Assembly: GCA_001771365.1 (NCBI GenBank) | Contig: METP01000040.1 | Location: 1 to 60,935 of the forward strand | Source: a candidate division WOR-1 bacterium RIFCSPLOWO2_02_FULL_46_20 | Lineage (GTDB): Bacteria > Margulisbacteria > WOR-1 > O2-12-FULL-45-9 | Reading direction: 5' to 3' | DNA length: 60,935 bases | Part shown: piece by piece, positions 39,750 to 48,751 of the stretch | Layout of the letters: each line of letters starts with the position of its first letter | Position numbering within the stretch: the first letter of the stretch is position 1 | Translations under genes and position numbers: made by a program | Notes under the pieces: model-generated | What the model was told of the DNA's origin: nothing | Databases searched by the model: none | The model's input: only the letters and a program-made list of their open reading frames with translations

Positions 39750-40598
39750 ATGAGTAAGGCTTATATCAACGGTAAAATCATCCCTTTAAAAGATGCCAAA
39801 ATTTCCGTCCTGGATCGGGGGTTGTTATACGGCGACGGTGTTTTTGAGTCCCTGCGCACTTACAACGGCCGCCCATTTCTCCTTGAAGAGCATATTAAAA
39901 GACTGTTAAAAGGTTTAAAAACGCTTAAAATTAGGTCTCCATTAAGCGCCAAACAATTTAAACTGGCTGTTTTAAAAACTTTAGCCAGTAATAAATTTAA
40001 AGAATCATATATCAAGATCATTGTTACGCGCGGAGAAGCGCAAGGCCACGGACTAGACCCGGCCCAAACCTCAGGAAGACCAACTCTAATTATGCTGGTG
40101 GAAGAACAAAAACCAACCCCTAAAAAACTTTATGTTCAAGGCTGGAAAGTAATTATCAGTTCGATTATCAAACCAAATGCGCCGACTTCACGAATTAAAA
40201 CATTAAATTATGCGGACAACATCCTGGCCAAACTGGAAGCTAAAAAGAACGGGGCAAACGAAGCTTTTCTACTGGACAAGAACGGCGATGTCGCGGAAGG
40301 AACAGTCAGCAATGTTTTTATTGTTAAACGCGGCAATCTTTATACCCCAGCCAAAGAATCTCCTATTCTCCCCGGATTAACCAGAGAGTTGGTAATTAAG
40401 TTGGCTAAGCAATCGGCTTCCCGGGTTTTTGAAAAGAATTTATCCCCTGAAGAACTCTACGCCGCTGACGAGTGTTTTATTACATTGAGTGGCATCGGCA
40501 TTGTGCCAATTACCAGTGTTTGGAATAAAAAGATTGGCAATGGTAAGTGCGGCCACATAACCGCTTCGTTGATCAAACTCTACGGCAGCATGACGTAG
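39750..40598 (+). CDS. Class IV aminotransferase (branched-chain amino acid / D-amino acid aminotransferase or ADC lyase family)
   Basis: DRGLLYGDGVFE, EGTVSNVF and ILPGLTR motifs. The start is set at MSKAYING. Confidence 0.82.
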   Translation: MSKAYINGKIIPLKDAKISVLDRGLLYGDGVFESLRTYNGRPFLLEEHIKRLLKGLKTLKIRSPLSAKQFKLAVLKTLASNKFKESYIKIIVTRGEAQGHGLDPAQTSGRPTLIMLVEEQKPTPKKLYVQGWKVIISSIIKPNAPTSRIKTLNYADNILAKLEAKKNGANEAFLLDKNGDVAEGTVSNVFIVKRGNLYTPAKESPILPGLTRELVIKLAKQSASRVFEKNLSPEELYAADECFITLSGIGIVPITSVWNKKIGNGKCGHITASLIKLYGSMT

Positions 40599-41353
40599 CG
40601 GAATTTTTTTGTACTGGGGTTACTCCTTACGGTAACTTTTACTCTATAAGCTTTCCAGATGTTTTCCGGCGTCACCACTTTTTCCGGTGGTCCCTCGGCA
40701 ACCAGCTCCCCCCGTTTCATCAGAATTAACTTGGAGCAAAAACGCGAAGCCAGGTTAAGATCGTGAAAAGTAGCAATAATTGACCTGTGTTTACGCAATT
40801 TTTTTAATAACTTACAGATTTTCATTTGATAACGGATATCCAGATGCGAAGTCGGCTCGTCCAGCATGAGGACTCGCGGCTCTTGAGCCAGCGCCCGGGC
40901 AATAGCCGCCCTTTGGAATTCACCGCCGGATAACTCGCTGATAGGGCGATCTTTAAGGTTCCCTATCTTGAGTTCATCAATCGCCCATTGTGCGGCCTCA
41001 CGATCATCTTCACTTTCAAAAGAAAAGCGCTCAAGGTAAGGGGTGCGTCCGAGTAAAACCAGTTCCTCAACAGTAAATCCATCAACCGGCTCCATTAGTT
41101 GGGGCACAAAAGCAACGCGCCTGGCCAGTTCCCGCCGGTCAAGGTTCTCAACCTTATGATTACCAACCATTATCGTACCATTTTGTATTTTGATGAGGCC
41201 TATAATGGTGCGCAGCAAGGTTGTTTTACCTGATCCGTTTGGACCCACAATTCCGACAAATTCTCCATCGGCCACCGAGAAGGAAATATTTTTAATAATA
41301 GGTTTCCTGGGAACATAGCCGCAAACCAAATTTTCTACTCGCAATATGCTCAT
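40580..41353 (-). CDS. ABC transporter ATP-binding protein (iron-siderophore/cobalamin type)
   Basis: Walker A GPNGSGKTT, signature LSGGEFQR and Walker B LMLDEPTSHLD. Confidence 0.9.
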   Translation of the reverse strand: MSILRVENLVCGYVPRKPIIKNISFSVADGEFVGIVGPNGSGKTTLLRTIIGLIKIQNGTIMVGNHKVENLDRRELARRVAFVPQLMEPVDGFTVEELVLLGRTPYLERFSFESEDDREAAQWAIDELKIGNLKDRPISELSGGEFQRAAIARALAQEPRVLMLDEPTSHLDIRYQMKICKLLKKLRKHRSIIATFHDLNLASRFCSKLILMKRGELVAEGPPEKVVTPENIWKAYRVKVTVRSNPSTKKFRYVMLP

Positions 41354-42333
41354 TTACCTTCTGTCCTTCGCCGCCTTAGTAAATACAAGAAGAAAGGAGC
41401 ACCAACCAAAGCCATGATAATTCCAATCGGGACCTCCATAGGAGATAAGACTGTTCTGGAAATTGTGTCGGCCAGAACCATTAACACCATCCCCGATAAA
41501 GCTGAAACAGGAATAAGCAGGCGGTGGTTTGGCCCGATAATCAATCTCATCCAGTGCGGAATTATCAAGCCGACAAAACCGATGATGCCGGAAACAGAAA
41601 CTGCCGCGGCTGTCATAAGCGAGGCGGCACCAACCAAAACAAAACGAGTGTTTTCAACGTCAACACCCAGCGTTTGAGCCATTTCTTCACCCAGCAGCAA
41701 AGCATTTAGTTCTTTAGAAAAGAAATACGCCGCCCCGGCACCCACAATACAGTAAGGCAAAACCGTGGTAACGTTTGACCAACTGGCTGAAGATAAGCTT
41801 CCCAGCAACCAGAAATAGATGGATTGTAGATTACCGGTGATAATGATAATTAAGGCCAGGATGGCCGCGCAAAAAGCTGACAGGGCCACTCCGGCCAGGA
41901 TTAAAGTTTCAGGAGATGTTTTCCCCGACACCTGAGATAGTTTATACACTACTATAACCGAAATTAAAGAAAATAAGAAAGCTGTGGCCGGCACTGAGCT
42001 CATGCCAAAAATAACAAACTGGGCGCCCAGGGCAATTGAGATTGAGGCACCCACCCCTGCCCCAGCTGAAATGCCGAGGATATACGGGTCGGCTAAAGGA
42101 TTTCTTAGTGTGCCCTGCAGTATTACACCGGAAACAGACAATAAAAGACCGATTAATGCCGCCAGGACAACCCGAGGCAACCTAATTTGCCACAGAATTT
42201 CACTTCCCCAAAGATCACCAGGAGGGATAAAGACCGAACCCAAAAAGAGAGAGATCACCATTGCAGCCAGAAGCAGGACAAACAAACCAAAAATCGCGAT
42301 CAGGCTTTCGTTTTTATTAAACTTGCGCATCAT
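41350..42333 (-). CDS. FecCD/BtuC-family ABC permease
   Basis: Polytopic, with RNPLADPYILGISAGAG and a C-terminal GAPFFLYLL. Confidence 0.9.
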   Translation of the reverse strand: MMRKFNKNESLIAIFGLFVLLLAAMVISLFLGSVFIPPGDLWGSEILWQIRLPRVVLAALIGLLLSVSGVILQGTLRNPLADPYILGISAGAGVGASISIALGAQFVIFGMSSVPATAFLFSLISVIVVYKLSQVSGKTSPETLILAGVALSAFCAAILALIIIITGNLQSIYFWLLGSLSSASWSNVTTVLPYCIVGAGAAYFFSKELNALLLGEEMAQTLGVDVENTRFVLVGAASLMTAAAVSVSGIIGFVGLIIPHWMRLIIGPNHRLLIPVSALSGMVLMVLADTISRTVLSPMEVPIGIIMALVGAPFFLYLLRRRRTEGK

Positions 42334-42360
42334 CTATGCCGTATTCTACACAAAACAACG

Positions 42361-43212
42361 TTATTTGTAAACAAAATTCGCTATTTTGTCAACTGCTTCA
42401 ACCACCCGCGGCCCGGGCCGAGATAGGAGATCCTCATCTATGAACAATACTCTATTTTTACGCACTGCTTCCAGGCTGCGCCAGCGGCTATTTTTTTTCA
42501 TCTCATCCCGGCTAACCAGGCCATCAGGGATAATAATGTACTGCGGATTTTCGGCCACCAGTTTTTCAAAGCTGTATTGCGGATAAACGGCTTTGGCCGC
42601 CGCAGCCACATTTTTTATGGCCGCCCGCTTCAGGATGTCATCGATAAAAGTCTCTCCACCCGCTACCACCAGCGGGTTCAGCCCAACAATAACCAGGGCT
42701 TTTCTCTCAATTTCGGCCGGGTTCCACAACTTAAGCACCTCCATAAGACTGGGGCGATATTCATTGGTCCGGGCTTTAATAGTCTGCAGCTGCCGCAGCA
42801 TTCGCTTTGTCACATCTTTGGCTTTTTCTTGTGTTCCGGTTTTTTCGCCCAAGGCAATGATGCTCTCCATGACCCCATCAATTGTCTTAGGGTTGATTGT
42901 AAAAACTGGTAATCCATACTTTTTAAATCGCCCAACATCTTTATTTTGCAAATCTCCAAACATAACCACCAGATCCGGCTTGAGCGAGACAATCTTCTCA
43001 AGATTCAAAAAGAATCCGCCGATTTTCTCTTTGTTTTTAGCTTCGGGAGGATAATTACAGTTGCTGGTAACGCCGACCACGCGAGCTTCCAGGCTTAAGG
43101 CATAAAGCATTTCTGTAATAGACGGCAGCCCAGAAACTATCCGCCTCGGCTGCTCTGCCTGAGCGCTAATAGCAATTATAAATATAAAGAATATTAGCGT
43201 AAGTTTTCTAAT
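42361..43212 (-). CDS. BtuF-like periplasmic substrate-binding protein; apparent non-canonical (ATT) start
   Basis: The first ATG/GTG/TTG (43110) falls inside the conserved RIVSGLPSITEMLYALSLEARVVGVT motif. The open frame continues upstream through a signal-peptide-like RKLTLIFFIFIIAISAQA with no canonical start; an ATT at 43212 precedes it. Confidence 0.6.
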   Translation of the reverse strand: MRKLTLIFFIFIIAISAQAEQPRRIVSGLPSITEMLYALSLEARVVGVTSNCNYPPEAKNKEKIGGFFLNLEKIVSLKPDLVVMFGDLQNKDVGRFKKYGLPVFTINPKTIDGVMESIIALGEKTGTQEKAKDVTKRMLRQLQTIKARTNEYRPSLMEVLKLWNPAEIERKALVIVGLNPLVVAGGETFIDDILKRAAIKNVAAAAKAVYPQYSFEKLVAENPQYIIIPDGLVSRDEMKKNSRWRSLEAVRKNRVLFIDEDLLSRPGPRVVEAVDKIANFVYK

Positions 43213-44045
43213 ATAATATCTCCCTGGCTAAAACCATTGGCCTGAGCCAGACAGGGACATTTCACCTTAAGCAAAAAATAGATATTTTTCTTTTCAGTAT
43301 CAAGCGTCTCGTAATTCCCCTGACCTTTGGCAATCACCATATCTGCTTTTTTGAACAATCGCTTAAACTCTTTGGTGCCACGCGCCATTGTAGTGCCGGC
43401 ATGATCGGAACCGCTCTTAATAACCTTGACCACCTTATCCAAGCCGACCATCCTGGCATCGGCCATTAAAACATCATTAAGCACCGGTTCACTTTTGACC
43501 GCAAAGACAACGCCAACCTGCTTAATCAATTCTTCAATTAAAACTTTATCAAAAACAATCTCACCCACATTATCCCCTATATATAATAGGAGTTTAGCCC
43601 TTTTTAGCTCCCGCTTAAAGCGTTGATAATCAGAAACCGCAAACTTTTGCTTTATCACATCTTTGACAGTTTGCTTAACATCAAATTCGGCCAAAGCGCC
43701 CAGATCAATAATATTGCCGGCAATGGCTAACCGGATCGCCATCAAGAGAGGATCAGCCGCTTTGGCAACGAGACTTTTTAAATATGGATAAAGCGCCAAT
43801 GCCTCACGGTTGTTTTGCAGTTTAGGCTTTTTGTAAAGATCCTTGATCCCGGTCATTTTTTGAATTACGTCGTGAGCAAATTTGGTGGCTTCAGGCGGAG
43901 TCATCTGGTGGATATCAACCTTTGCCAGTTTCTTAATTACGGCAGAAAGAATATCCTGGCGCCGTTTTTCCGATCTTTCTACGCGTTGGAGAATTTCAAT
44001 CGTCTGGCGGATTATACAGCTTACACATTCCAGAAAGGCCTTCAC
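43194..44045 (-). CDS. DUF89 (ARMT1-like damage-control phosphatase) family protein
   Basis: 283 aa. N-terminal C..C (ECVSC), GDNVGEIVFDKVLIEEL and KGQGNYETL patterns are typical of DUF89. Confidence 0.65.
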   Translation of the reverse strand: MKAFLECVSCIIRQTIEILQRVERSEKRRQDILSAVIKKLAKVDIHQMTPPEATKFAHDVIQKMTGIKDLYKKPKLQNNREALALYPYLKSLVAKAADPLLMAIRLAIAGNIIDLGALAEFDVKQTVKDVIKQKFAVSDYQRFKRELKRAKLLLYIGDNVGEIVFDKVLIEELIKQVGVVFAVKSEPVLNDVLMADARMVGLDKVVKVIKSGSDHAGTTMARGTKEFKRLFKKADMVIAKGQGNYETLDTEKKNIYFLLKVKCPCLAQANGFSQGDIILENLR

Positions 44046-44051
44046 AAAGAC

Positions 44052-46274
44052 TCACTCAACCCCTTTGTCCTTGAGGCTTTCTGCGGTGGCTAAAATTCGG
44101 CGAGGTTTGTTTTCCCCTTCAGGCACAGAGACGATTCCGGCTGCCTCCATCTCATCCATCAAGCGGGCGGCACGATTGTAACCAATCCTGAATTTTCTTT
44201 GGACATACGAGGTTGACGCCTGGCCCGTGGCCACAATCAGCTTGGCCACCTCGCCAAACAAAGTGTCTTTGCCCTCCCCCTCCCCGTCGCCAACTCCAGG
44301 CGCATCTGCCGGACCAAAGTCAATTGCTTTAATCGTCTCAATTTCTTCAATATATTCCGGTTTGCATTGCTTCTTGATAAAATCAATAACCCTTTCTGTT
44401 TCCGCATCAGTCACAAAAGAACCTTGTAAGCGGGTTGGCTTCATCGCGCCAATTGGGTTGTAAAGCATGTCGCCGCGACCTAATAGTTTTTCAGCACCAG
44501 AGCTGTCCAAGATTACGCGGGAATCAATTTGGGTGGCCACGGCAAAAGCAATGCGAGATGGAATATTGGCCTTGATTAAACCTGTAATAACATCGACAGA
44601 GGGCCTTTGGGTGGCAATAACCATGTGAATCCCGGTCGCTCTGGCCATCTGGGCAATGCGGCAGATCGCCCCTTCAACTTCGTTAGCCGCCACCATCATT
44701 AGATCGGCTAACTCATCAACAATTACGACTAGGCGCGGCAGCTTATCTTCTTCTTTTGATCTTTTGTTATTGTAAGAAAGGATATCGCGCGCGCCGGCAG
44801 CATGAAAAAGTTCGTAACGGCGATTCATTTCCTGCAGCACCCAAACCTTTAAGGTTATCGCCGCCTTTTTGACATTCGTTACAACCGGAGTCAGTAAATG
44901 GGCAATCCCATTGTAAATCGATAACTCAACCATTTTTGGATCAATCATAATAAATTTAACTTCATTTGGCGCTGCCCGCAATAAAATACTGGTAATTATA
45001 GAATTAACACAAACACTTTTACCCGATCCTGTTGTCCCGGCAATCAGCATATGCGGCATGGCGGCAAGGTCACCGATAACCGGATGCCCGGATAAGTCTT
45101 TACCTAGACAGAAAGCCAGCTTTGAGGCTTTGTGTTGAAAAGCCTTACTCTGAGCAATCTCTTTTAATCTAACTGGCGTAACTAACGGATTAGGCACCTC
45201 AATGCCAACCACCGATTTGCCCGGCACGGGAGCTTCGATCCTGATCCCTTGCGCTGCCAGGGCCAGAGAAATGTCGTTAGATAAATTATGGATGCGGTTA
45301 ACTTTAACCCCAGGCTCAGGTTGCAGCTCATAGCGGGTAACAGCCGGACCCTGATAGATAGCCACAACATGAGCACCAACGCCAAAGCTGCGCAAAGCGG
45401 CCTCAAGTTGCTCTTTTCTGGCATTAATCTCCGCCTGCATTGTCTGGGCTTGTTTGAGCTCTTCCGCTGTGGGATCTTCCAGCAAAGAAAGCGGCGGAAG
45501 CTTATAGTCACCGTGCACCTGCATCTTTTCCTGTACAACCCTTGGCTCTTTGTGCGCGGTCAGATACGGCTCCCGCTTGTCCTTATACTCTTTTTCTTCT
45601 TTTGATATCGTTGACGAAATAATAATCGGCGGCGGGGGAGTTTTAAGATCTTCTTTCTTCTCCGGTTCTTTAGCCAGGAGGGGTTCTTTTTTGCCTGGCG
45701 GCACCTCGCCTACGGACTCTCCCGGAATAAGAAGATGTCTTATCCAGGCGATTAAGTTTAAAACCGTAACATTAAAAACCATCAAAAGCCCGATAATCGC
45801 TGCCGCCGACAGGACAATGTACGACCCTACAGTCCCAACCGTTCTGGTTAATGCATATATTGCGCTGTAGCCAATGACCCCTCCCCCTCCCTGAAAATAG
45901 ATCGCTTCCGCCCCTGTAAAATAGAGGGGAGCATAAAACTGGGCAACCGCAATGTAAGTTACAAAAAGGATCGATAGACCAATCAAACGAACCGTTAATT
46001 CTTTTACTTCGTGCCGCAACAGCAAAATAAACCCGTAAGCCGCGATAAATAGGGGGAGCACCAATACGCCAATGCCCAACGCCGAACGAAAGATGGTTTT
46101 TACAATAAATAAGCCAACTAAGCCGGTAGAGGTAGATAGATTAGAAACGAAAACAAAAATCGCCAGAGCCAATAGCAGAATTCCAACAATATCCTGCTTA
46201 AATTTAGACGGCACTTCGCGCTCTTCCTTCTTATTGTTACTAACCCTGCTCCTCGTCTTACGTTTTGGGGGCAT
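44052..46274 (-). CDS. ftsK: DNA translocase FtsK
   Basis: N-terminal TM helices, a Pro/Lys/Glu-rich linker, Walker A GTTGSGKS, Walker B VVIVDELADLM and the gamma-domain wHTH (STSYVQRKFRIGYNRAARLMDEME). Confidence 0.93.
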   Translation of the reverse strand: MPPKRKTRSRVSNNKKEEREVPSKFKQDIVGILLLALAIFVFVSNLSTSTGLVGLFIVKTIFRSALGIGVLVLPLFIAAYGFILLLRHEVKELTVRLIGLSILFVTYIAVAQFYAPLYFTGAEAIYFQGGGGVIGYSAIYALTRTVGTVGSYIVLSAAAIIGLLMVFNVTVLNLIAWIRHLLIPGESVGEVPPGKKEPLLAKEPEKKEDLKTPPPPIIISSTISKEEKEYKDKREPYLTAHKEPRVVQEKMQVHGDYKLPPLSLLEDPTAEELKQAQTMQAEINARKEQLEAALRSFGVGAHVVAIYQGPAVTRYELQPEPGVKVNRIHNLSNDISLALAAQGIRIEAPVPGKSVVGIEVPNPLVTPVRLKEIAQSKAFQHKASKLAFCLGKDLSGHPVIGDLAAMPHMLIAGTTGSGKSVCVNSIITSILLRAAPNEVKFIMIDPKMVELSIYNGIAHLLTPVVTNVKKAAITLKVWVLQEMNRRYELFHAAGARDILSYNNKRSKEEDKLPRLVVIVDELADLMMVAANEVEGAICRIAQMARATGIHMVIATQRPSVDVITGLIKANIPSRIAFAVATQIDSRVILDSSGAEKLLGRGDMLYNPIGAMKPTRLQGSFVTDAETERVIDFIKKQCKPEYIEEIETIKAIDFGPADAPGVGDGEGEGKDTLFGEVAKLIVATGQASTSYVQRKFRIGYNRAARLMDEMEAAGIVSVPEGENKPRRILATAESLKDKGVE

Positions 46275-46313
46275 TTGCTAGGAAGTATAGCAAATTATCC
46301 CGGACCGGACAAG

Positions 46314-47129
46314 TTAAGCTTTTTGCGTCCCAAACCTCGTTAACGTTACCCCACCCAAGCCAACACAACCAGCCACTGCTTTAACAATAAAACCGACAAA
46401 GGGGACCAGGCCAATTAAAGACAAAATAACAACACCAAGCAGGGTTTCAATCATCAGAGTCATTTTCTTTTGCTTAAAGGCGAGCAAAACTTTTTTGCCA
46501 ATAAAATTGGCTGCAGCTAAGTAGCCAATTAAGCCGGCAGAAACAAAAACAATGCCCCAAACAGGGATTAAAACTATGCCGACAATTGAAATCGCCAAAA
46601 GAATGGCGATCGGCACAAAAAGGAGTAAGGCTAACAAACCGATCCCAAAGTTTTTGCCAGGCTCTTTTTGGATTATACCTGAGATATTGCCCAATTGTGT
46701 GGGAAACAGTGCAACAAGAATAATAACTAAAACGAGAAAGCCAACAAAGCTTAAGATGCTAAACACAATCATCCCCTTGCCCACAAAAGCCCCCATGGCC
46801 AATCCACCGGGCAAGGCAATTTCTGTAACATCCCCTTTGACCATAGCCCCGGGACCTTTTTCAATATTACCTCCAACAGATACAACATTGCCATCGACCA
46901 AAGCCCCATCTTTTAGATAGACCGACCCGCCCACTGCCACGACATCTTCCAAAACTTTACCGTAAACAGTAACCGAGCCGCCGACTGACACGGCAGACTT
47001 TACTTCTATCCCAACCGGGACCTCAATATTTTTACCAACTTTGACCAACGCTTGCTGGTCCGCCAAGGCCACACTGCCAAAACAAACAACAGTCCCGATC
47101 AAAAGCAACACAAAGACTTTTCTTAACAT
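46314..47129 (-). CDS. Bactofilin-like (beta-helical repeat) domain protein with C-terminal transmembrane region
   Basis: Signal or anchor sequence, a repetitive VGGSVTVYGKV..DVVAVGGSVYL..GNVVSVGGNI segment, then 4-5 hydrophobic helices. GGAGG lies 7 nt upstream of the ATG at 47129. Confidence 0.6.
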   Translation of the reverse strand: MLRKVFVLLLIGTVVCFGSVALADQQALVKVGKNIEVPVGIEVKSAVSVGGSVTVYGKVLEDVVAVGGSVYLKDGALVDGNVVSVGGNIEKGPGAMVKGDVTEIALPGGLAMGAFVGKGMIVFSILSFVGFLVLVIILVALFPTQLGNISGIIQKEPGKNFGIGLLALLLFVPIAILLAISIVGIVLIPVWGIVFVSAGLIGYLAAANFIGKKVLLAFKQKKMTLMIETLLGVVILSLIGLVPFVGFIVKAVAGCVGLGGVTLTRFGTQKA

Positions 47130-47237
47130 CAAAACACCTCCAGGATTTGAGTGAATTATACGCACAGAAAAAAAGAGAGTCAACCGGAAATTTCGCACGC
47201 AATCTTTCACTGTTCTGTTATAATATATGTTGTCCTC

Positions 47238-47879
47238 ATGAAAACACTTTGGAACAGCCTGAGAAGATTATATTTTAATTATGTTCATTATAATGACCGA
47301 AGAGCAATCTGGAACGCCATAAGAAAGAGCTTAAGGCTTGAGGCCAGCCAGGCTCCTCTCCTCTCCTTCGCACCGGGAGAAACATCCAAAGCCAAACCGC
47401 GCCGGGAAAAAGAGGGTTTTTTCGCCAAATACTGTCAAGGGCAGGGCTTAGATATCGGCTATGGCGGCGATTTATTATCGTCCAACTGTCAGGGCTGGGA
47501 TTATGCGGACGGTAACGCGCAATATTTAAAAGGTGTGCCTGACTCAAGCTTTGACTTTGTCTACGCTTCGCACATTTTGGAGCATGTGCGCAATCCAACC
47601 GTAGCCATCAAAAACTGGTGGCGGGTACTAAAGACCAACGGCTACCTTATTGTTGCAATACCAGAGAGAAATCTATATGAGAAAAGAACCAGGCTCCCTT
47701 CTCACCGTAATAACGACCACAAACATTTTTTCCTGTTGGAAAATGACGAAGCCCCCGACACCATAGGGCTATGCCCCTTTATCAAGCGAACGCTCCCCCA
47801 GCATCAAATAGTTTACGCCAGGGTTTGCGGCAGCAACGACGAATACGCCATTGAAGCGGTGGTTAAAAAGATCAAATAG
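47238..47879 (+). CDS. Class I SAM-dependent methyltransferase
   Basis: Motif I GLDIGYGG and post-I/II FDFVYASHILEH. The start is set at MKTLWNSL. Confidence 0.75.
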   Translation: MKTLWNSLRRLYFNYVHYNDRRAIWNAIRKSLRLEASQAPLLSFAPGETSKAKPRREKEGFFAKYCQGQGLDIGYGGDLLSSNCQGWDYADGNAQYLKGVPDSSFDFVYASHILEHVRNPTVAIKNWWRVLKTNGYLIVAIPERNLYEKRTRLPSHRNNDHKHFFLLENDEAPDTIGLCPFIKRTLPQHQIVYARVCGSNDEYAIEAVVKKIK

Positions 47880-47925
47880 GCCAATGGTTTTCTGCAAAAT
47901 ATGTTCAGACACCACCCGCGCCATA

Positions 47926-48558
47926 TTAACTTATTATCTGGATCACTATCTGGTAGCCGTTATAAAGCACTTTTTGACCTGTCTTCCTGGCCCAATCGAG
48001 CACATATTTTCCTTTGCCAACATCGGTAAAGTTATCATCAATCGCGATCAAAGGTTCAATGCTTTGTCTCAGTATTTCTTTAATACTTCCCAACTCTTTT
48101 AAGTGATGCGCCATGCTGGGCTCAGGATTGCTTGGATCAAGATCGTAACTATCGAGATAAACAAGATCAACCGGCGCCTCTATTTTTTTAAGCTTGGTTA
48201 CGGAATCACCCAACATTTGTACCAGCGGGACGGTCGACCATGGAAATTTTTTTCTCAATATTTTTTTTGACCTGTTTAAATGAAAAATATTGTTATCAAG
48301 GGAGATTAGCTTGCCGTCGAAGAAATTTAAAAATTCGTAAAAAAGCAGCGAGCTCTGCCCTGCCCCCCAATCATTTTCCTGGCGCTGACAGCCCGTCTCA
48401 ACAATTACAAAGTTATTTGATTTTTTGAAAAGCAAGGATTCAAAAATTATTTTAAATCCACTAAACCGATCAACCCGTTGCCCCCGGCTATAAAGCCCTT
48501 CCGACAAAGGCTGCTTATAATTATCTTCAAAATATTTAAGATACTCTTTTGCCTGCAT
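47926..48558 (-). CDS. Class I SAM-dependent methyltransferase (O-methyltransferase-like)
   Basis: FVIVETGCQ (motif I-like) and VDLVYLDSYD motifs. 210 aa. Confidence 0.65.
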   Translation of the reverse strand: MQAKEYLKYFEDNYKQPLSEGLYSRGQRVDRFSGFKIIFESLLFKKSNNFVIVETGCQRQENDWGAGQSSLLFYEFLNFFDGKLISLDNNIFHLNRSKKILRKKFPWSTVPLVQMLGDSVTKLKKIEAPVDLVYLDSYDLDPSNPEPSMAHHLKELGSIKEILRQSIEPLIAIDDNFTDVGKGKYVLDWARKTGQKVLYNGYQIVIQIIS

Positions 48559-48632
48559 ATGGAACCCTTATAATAACACGTCCGGGGGGCGGTGGCTCCG
48601 GGAGCGCGATACCAAAATTTCCTGCGGAAATT

Positions 48633-48703
48633 TTGCCGGGCAGGGACTCGAACCCCGATAGGTAGAATCAAAATCTACTGGCTTGCCATTAGCCGACCCG
48701 GCA
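48633..48703 (-). tRNA. tRNA-Gln (anticodon TTG)
   Basis: The reverse complement folds as TGCCGGG/TC/GGCT-AATGGCA-AGCC/A/GTAGA-TTTTGAT-TCTAC/CTAT/CGGGG-TTCGAGT-CCCTG/CCCGGCA/A. The U1-A72 pair is typical of bacterial tRNA-Gln. Confidence 0.85.
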
Positions 48704-48751
48704 ATATTAGTTTGTCGATTATAACAGCCTACCTGAAATTTTTCAATAAAA

